Source: Anaeramoeba ignava BMAN | Lineage: Eukaryota > Protista > Anaeramoebae | Reading direction: 5' to 3' | NCBI GenBank assembly: GCA_028826165.1 | Contig: JAPDFW010000092.1 | Coordinates: forward strand, 496,001 to 560,000 | DNA: 64,000 bases | Shown: positions 58,511 to 64,000 of the stretch, piece by piece | Numbering within the stretch: the first letter of the stretch is position 1 | Layout: each line of letters opens with the position of its first letter | Program-made: the position numbers and the translations under genes | Notes under the pieces: generated by a model | Told to the model about the DNA's origin: nothing | Databases searched by the model: none | What the model saw: the letters and a program-made list of their open reading frames with translations, nothing else

Positions 58511-61500
58511 TCAATCTTTGTTTGTTCTTTTAGGAGAATGTTTAGAATGAGAACGTTCCTTTTTATCTTGATTTTTCTGTTTATCATGAACAGAATGGTC
58601 ACTTAAACTTGGAGATCTACTTTTTGAATTAGAATTTTTATGATGTCTTGAATGATGATGATGTTTAGATCTTCTTTTTTCACTTGAACGATCACTTTTT
58701 GACTTTCTATCCTTTTTAGAATTATCAGAATCATCATCAATATCACCTTTTCTCTTCCTACGACTTGAAGAATGCCTTGGAGATTTACGATATTTGTGGT
58801 CACTTTTTCTTGAATAATCATGCGAGTGTTTAGAATCTTTCAAAGAATGTGAATCACGCGAAGATTTCTCGCCGCTGCTAATCACATGATTCTCTCCAGT
58901 GTTGTACTGCCGATGAGAATGCTGAAGCTGTGGATCTATATTGTCTCGGGAATCATACCCAATATTCTGCAAATTATTTTGACTGTTTAAATTTTGTTCT
59001 TTTTTTTCAATTGAATTATTTTGGCCATGTCTTGATTGCGCTTCTGATTCTCTATCCTCCGACAAGTGCAGTCCCTGCGGAGGCGCTAAGTTCTGCTGCT
59101 GATGTTCTTGGCGGTAATATTCGTTGGGATCCGTTGTCTCTTGCTGTTGTAGATCCGTATGTGTTTGTGACTGAGAAGGATCAACTTGTTGAAAATTTAA
59201 ATCATAATTATTTTCATTTTGAAAATTTTCCAAATTCTGATAAGCACTTTGTTGTGAGTCTAATTGGTACTCAGAATTATAATCATATTCATTATTCTGG
59301 AGTAATTGGTTTTGGATTGCTTGTTCATAGTAGCCTTGCTGGGCGTCAGAATATTGATAATTATAACCCAAATTTTGGTACTGCAACAATTCCGATTCAT
59401 TTGATCCTCCAATGCTTGTTCTAAGAATAGGGGTTCGACTAACGCTTATGCGGATCTTCTTGTCGGCAATAACAACTCCAGAATACTTTAAGCTTGCCTG
59501 GCAGTCTTCTCTTGTTGCGAATTCTACAAATGCAAAGCGCGTTGGGTGGTTCGTGTCACCTGCGATAATTACTTTTGTTACGTTTCCTCCAAGTGCGCTA
59601 AAGAATTCATAAAGCTGGTTCTCTGATACTGTTACATCTAGATTCCCTACAAATATTGTTCTTTGTGCTGCCTCACTTTGTGGTCCTGTGAATAAGACTG
59701 GGTTTTGGATCGGTGTTTTTGATGGTGTGATTCTGTTAAGTTTTGTTTTTTTGTTTTTTTTGTTTTTTTTTTTTTTTCATTCCAAAATATTTGTTAATTT
59801 TTAAGAATTTTTCATTTTAAAATTGCATTTTGCAATTTTTTTGTGTATTATTTTCGATGACAAAAGATTTTTTTTCAATGAATTTAGATTTAAATTTTTT
59901 GGATTAAATTTTTTAAATTAAAGTTTTTAAAATTAAATTAAATTAAATTAAATTTTTTGGATTAAATTAAATTAAAGTTTTTAAATTAAAGTTTTTGAAT
60001 TTAAATTAAATTTTTTGAATTAAATTAAATTAAAATTTTTGAATTAAATTAAATTTTTTGGATTAAATTAAATTAAAGTTTTTGAATTAAAGTTTTTAAA
60101 ATTAAATTAAAGTTTTTGAATTAAATTAAATTCAAGTTTTTTTGTGTTTTTTTTTTGTGTTTTTTTTTTGTGTTTTTTTGTTTTTGTGTTTTTGTGTTTT
60201 TTTTGTGATAAGTATTTCACAATTTCTTTCTTCTTTTTTATTTTAATTCAATTATACAATTAAAATTTCCAACAGTTCGCAGTTTGCAAAATCAAGTTTT
60301 TGATAATTTATATATTCTTGAAGATTATACAAGAATCAATCACTATATTTGATTTAATATTTGATTTTATTTCATATTTGATTTTTATATTTGATTTTTT
60401 ATGATTTTATTTGATTTAATATTTGATTTTTATTTTTGATTTGATTTGATTTGATTTTATTTTTGATTATTTTTATTTTTGATTATTTTTATTTTTGATT
60501 TGATTTTATTTTTGATTATTTTTGATTTAATTATTTTTGATTTAATTATTTTTGATTTAATTATTTTTGATTTAATTATTTTTGATTTGATTATTTTTGA
60601 TTTTTTATTAAAATTAAATTTAAAATTTAAAATTATAATAAAAATCTCAAAAACAACTCAATTAACAAAACAAGAAAAATGGACAAAATAATGATAATCA
60701 AATTATTAACAAAAATTCAAGTTTATGAATTTTAGATGAATTTTTTCTTACTTAAGTGGGTAACTTCCTAAAGTCATTCCTGATAAAGAAATTGATTTTT
60801 GTGCAGCATCACCAGTTGCAAACTCAATAAATCCAAATCTTTTTGGATGATTTGTATCACCACAAAGTTTACATGCAGTTACAATTCCACAAGAAGAGAA
60901 AAATTGTGTGACTTGCTCTTCTGTTAACTGTTAATTTTTAATTTAATTTTTAATTTAATTTTTAATTTAATTTTTAATTTTTAATTTTTAATTTTTAATT
61001 TTCTTAAATAAATACCGCAACATCAATTCCTGCAACATAAATTGTTCTTTGTATTTTCTCTGCGTTAGACATTGTCATTGCAATATTCTATTTTAAATTT
61101 AATTTTTAATTTTAATTTAATTTTAATTTTAATTTTAATTTTAATTATAATATTAATTTTAATTTTAATTATAATTTTGATTTTAATTATAATTTTGATT
61201 TTAATTTTAATTTTGATTTTAATTTTGATTTTAATTTTATAAATGAATTTTAATTTTAATTTTAATTTTAATTTTAATTTTAATTTTAAATTTTAATTTT
61301 GATTTTAATTTTAATTTTAATTTTAATTTTAATTTTAATTTTAATTTTAATTTTAATTTTAATTTTAATTTTAATTTTAATTTTAATTTTAATTTTAATT
61401 TTAATTTTAATTTTAATTTTAATTTTAATTTTAATTTTTAATTTTAATTTTAATTTTAATTTTAATTTTAATTTTAATTTTAATTTTTAATTTTAATTTT

Positions 61501-62052
61501 AATTTTAATTTTAATTTTAATTTTAATTTTAATTTTAATTTTAATTTTAATTTTAATTTTAATTTTAATTTTAATTTTGATTTTAATTTTGATTTTAATT
61601 TAAATTTTAATTTTAATTTTAATTTTAATTTTAATTTTAATTTTTAAATTAATTTTAATTTTATTTTAATTTTAATTTTAATTTTAATTTTATAAATGAA
61701 TTTTAATTTTAATTTAATTTTAATATTAATTTTAATTTTAATTTAAATTTTTAATTTTTAATTAAATTACTAAATTTGGGTTTGAAACTGATAGTTGAGG
61801 AGAGCCATAAATAGGAGATCTACTTTGAGAAATTTTAATAGCTTTATCACCAAGAAACATACCAGAAAAGCTCATTGCTGAAAGGACTGATTCTTGAGAT
61901 TCAAATTCAATAAAACAAAAACGATGAGGAAGAGCAGGATCTCCAACAATTCTAACCTTTTCAATTGCTCCACATGCTTGAAATAAAGAACGAATCATTC
62001 CTTCATCATAATGTGATGGAATATTTCCTACGTGAATTGTTCTTTCGGCCAT
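58511..62052 (-). CDS. Three-RRM RNA-binding protein (plant CID8-13 / SREK1-type RRMs) with Q-rich and R/S/H/K-rich tail; 4 exons
   Basis: RTIHVGNI...GDPALPHRFCFIEF; RTIYVAGID...CGDTNHPKRFGFIEF; RTIFVGNLD...AGDTNHPTRFAFVEF; each ends S(R/K)(S/T)PI. Confidence 0.88.
61090..61765 (-). repeat. Intronic (TTTTAA)n with two embedded TATAAATGAATTTT units
   Basis: Direct reading; embedded units at ~61238 and ~61691. Confidence 0.92.
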
Positions 62053-62189
62053 AATTTTGTTTTATAATAAAAAATATAAAAAATTTGAAAAGAAAAAAAT
62101 GAAAAATTAAAATTCAAAAAAAATTTTTTTATTTAAAAAAAAAACATTTTTCCTCTTTTTTTTTCTTCTTTTCTTTTTTATTCTTCTTT

Positions 62190-64000
62190 CTATTTCAATT
62201 TAGAAATCTTTTTATTTTCCCGATTTTGATTAGGAATTATTTCCCAATTTGGTGATTTTTCTGTTTTTATCCAATTAAAATCTTTTATTTGATTCCATAA
62301 ATTTTGAGTTTGATCATTCATTTGTAAATCCTAAATAAAAATATAATTTAAATCAAAATATTATTTAAATTTAAATCAAAAATATTATTTAAATCAAAAA
62401 TATTATTTAAATCCAAAATATTATTTAAATCAAAAATATTATTTAAATCAAAAATATTATTTAAATCCAAAATATTATTTAAATCCAAAATATAATTTAA
62501 ATCCAAAATATTATTTAAATCCAAAATATAATTTAAATCAAAATATAATTTAAATAAATCAAAAATATTATTTAAATTCAAAAATATTATTTAAATCAAA
62601 AATCATATTATTTAAATCCAAAAATATAATTTAAATCAAAAAAATAATTTCATTTAAATCAAAAAAAATCCAAAAATATTATTAAAATCCAAAATATAAT
62701 TTAAATCAAAAATATAATTTAAATCAAAAAAGAAAAAATATTATTTTCTCTAAATCAAAAATATTATTTAAAATCAAAATATTATTTAAATTCAAAAATA
62801 TTATTTAAATCAAAAATATAATTTAAATCAAAAATATAATTTAAATCAAAAATATTAAAAATATAATTTTCAAAAATATTATTTAAATCAAAAATATAAT
62901 TTAAATCAAAAATTATTTTAAATCAAAAATATTAAAATATAATTTAAATTCAAAAATATTATTTAAATCCAAAAATATTATTTAAATCAAAAATATTATT
63001 TAAATTCAAAATATAATTTAAAATATTATTTAAATCCAAAATATAATTTAATTCAAAATATTATTTAAATAAATCAAAATATAATTTAAATCAAAAAATA
63101 TTATTTAAATTCAAAATATAATTTAAATAAAAAAATATAATTTAAATCAAAAAATTATTTAAATCCAAAATATTATTTAAATCAAAAATATAATTTAAAT
63201 TAAAAATATTATTTAAATTCAAAAATATTATTTAAATCAAAAATATTATTTAAATCTCAAAATATAATTTAAATTCAAAATATAATTTAAATCAAAAATA
63301 TTATTTAATTTAAAAATATAATTTAAATCAAAAATATTATTTAAATCAAAATATAATTTAAATCAAAAATATTATTTAAATCAAAAATATTATTTAAATC
63401 CAAAATATAATTTAAATTCAAAATATTTAAATTCAAAATATTATTTAAATCAAAAATATTATTTAAAAGTTACAGAAAGTAGAGAATCAATTCCAGGAAA
63501 ATCAAAAGAATAAGGAGCAACTCTTATTTCTTTACAATCCTCTATAATTGGTTCAGATTTTGTGAAAATATATAAATCACAATTATTTGATGAATGCAAC
63601 CTAATTTGTTGTGCTGCAAGCATAAATGTTGAATCTATACAATTTTCTAAAAATATTGAACCAGAAATAGGACCTGTATAAATTTTACAAGATTCAATAT
63701 TATCAATCCAAAGAGCTGATATTTTATCACATAAAAAAATTGTACAATTTTTTAAATTTGAAAGAGAAAAATCTTTTCCATTAATTGTTCCTGGATATTT
63801 CCAAATAGTTTGTGATTCTAGAAATTGAAAACTAAATTCTGAATCTTTTATTTTGTTCTTTAATTTTTGATTTGTTTTTTGATTTGTTTTTCATTTAATT
63901 TTTGATTTAATTTTTCATTTGATTTTTCATTTGATTTTTCATTTGTTTTTTCATTTGTTTTTTCATTTGTTTTTTTTCTTGATCTAAATGTAAATTTTTT
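62190..64000 (-). CDS. TBCC: Tubulin-specific chaperone C (TBCC) domain protein, 5'-partial
   Basis: LSNLKNCTIFL...GPISGSIFLENC...AAQQIRLHSSNNCDLYI..SEPIIEDCKEIRVAPY; last exon NLWNQIKDFNWIKTEKSPNW. Confidence 0.88.
62340..63465 (-). repeat. Intronic ~18-bp repeat (AAATCAAAAATATTATTT on +)
   Basis: Direct reading; fills the TBCC last intron. Confidence 0.92.

Noticed and set aside
58930-59612. Plus-strand ORFs (164 aa, 66 aa) in a GC-richer segment as a foreign or inserted gene
   Set aside because: They are antisense to the RRM gene's last exon, which is continuous and in frame on the minus strand.
1-64000. Inteins, transposase/RT genes, tRNA or rRNA genes, alternative genetic code
   Set aside because: No Hint/LAGLIDADG, DDE or RT motifs recognised in any frame; no structured RNA gene evident by eye; conserved genes end in TAA/TAG/TGA with no in-frame stops needing reassignment.

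Overview
Extremely AT-rich, gene-dense eukaryotic genomic DNA with GT-AG spliceosomal introns and the standard genetic code. Gene content and style (BTB-TLDc paralogues, RGS-DUF547, QN low-complexity tracts, Tim44, repeat-filled introns) suggest an anaerobic amoeboid protist, possibly Anaeramoeba (Metamonada); that assignment is inference. About 20 protein-coding loci were reconstructed by hand: Slo/BK K+ channel, uncharacterised multi-exon protein, Tim44, G-alpha, coiled-coil-RGS-DUF547, DCN1, an NRF-6-like O-acyltransferase tandem array (orphan exon plus two genes), Rpp38/Pop3, RhoGEF, RasGEF, saposin-like protein, two intronless BTB-TLDc genes flanking a degenerate BTB-ARM-Rab locus, a Rab5/21-like GTPase, a Byr4/Bfa1-like protein, TRAPPC2, RNase H2 subunit C, a 3xRRM protein and a partial TBCC gene. 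Most notable: (i) long introns built almost entirely of short tandem repeats that are nearly G-free on the sense strand, with units shared between unrelated genes; (ii) a roughly 10.5 kb accessory island (42.6-53.0 kb) with BTB-TLDc copies that are near-identical up to a sharp point mid-TLDc, inverted ~144-bp tandem arrays, and one-ARM-repeat-per-exon modules; (iii) a near-universal TTTTCATTTT initiator-like motif and a candidate AAAAAGTGGAA 3' element. Scattered 1-nt indels and garbled exon copies indicate imperfect long-read consensus, so frameshifts should be treated with caution. Many supplied ORFs are spurious translations of microsatellites.
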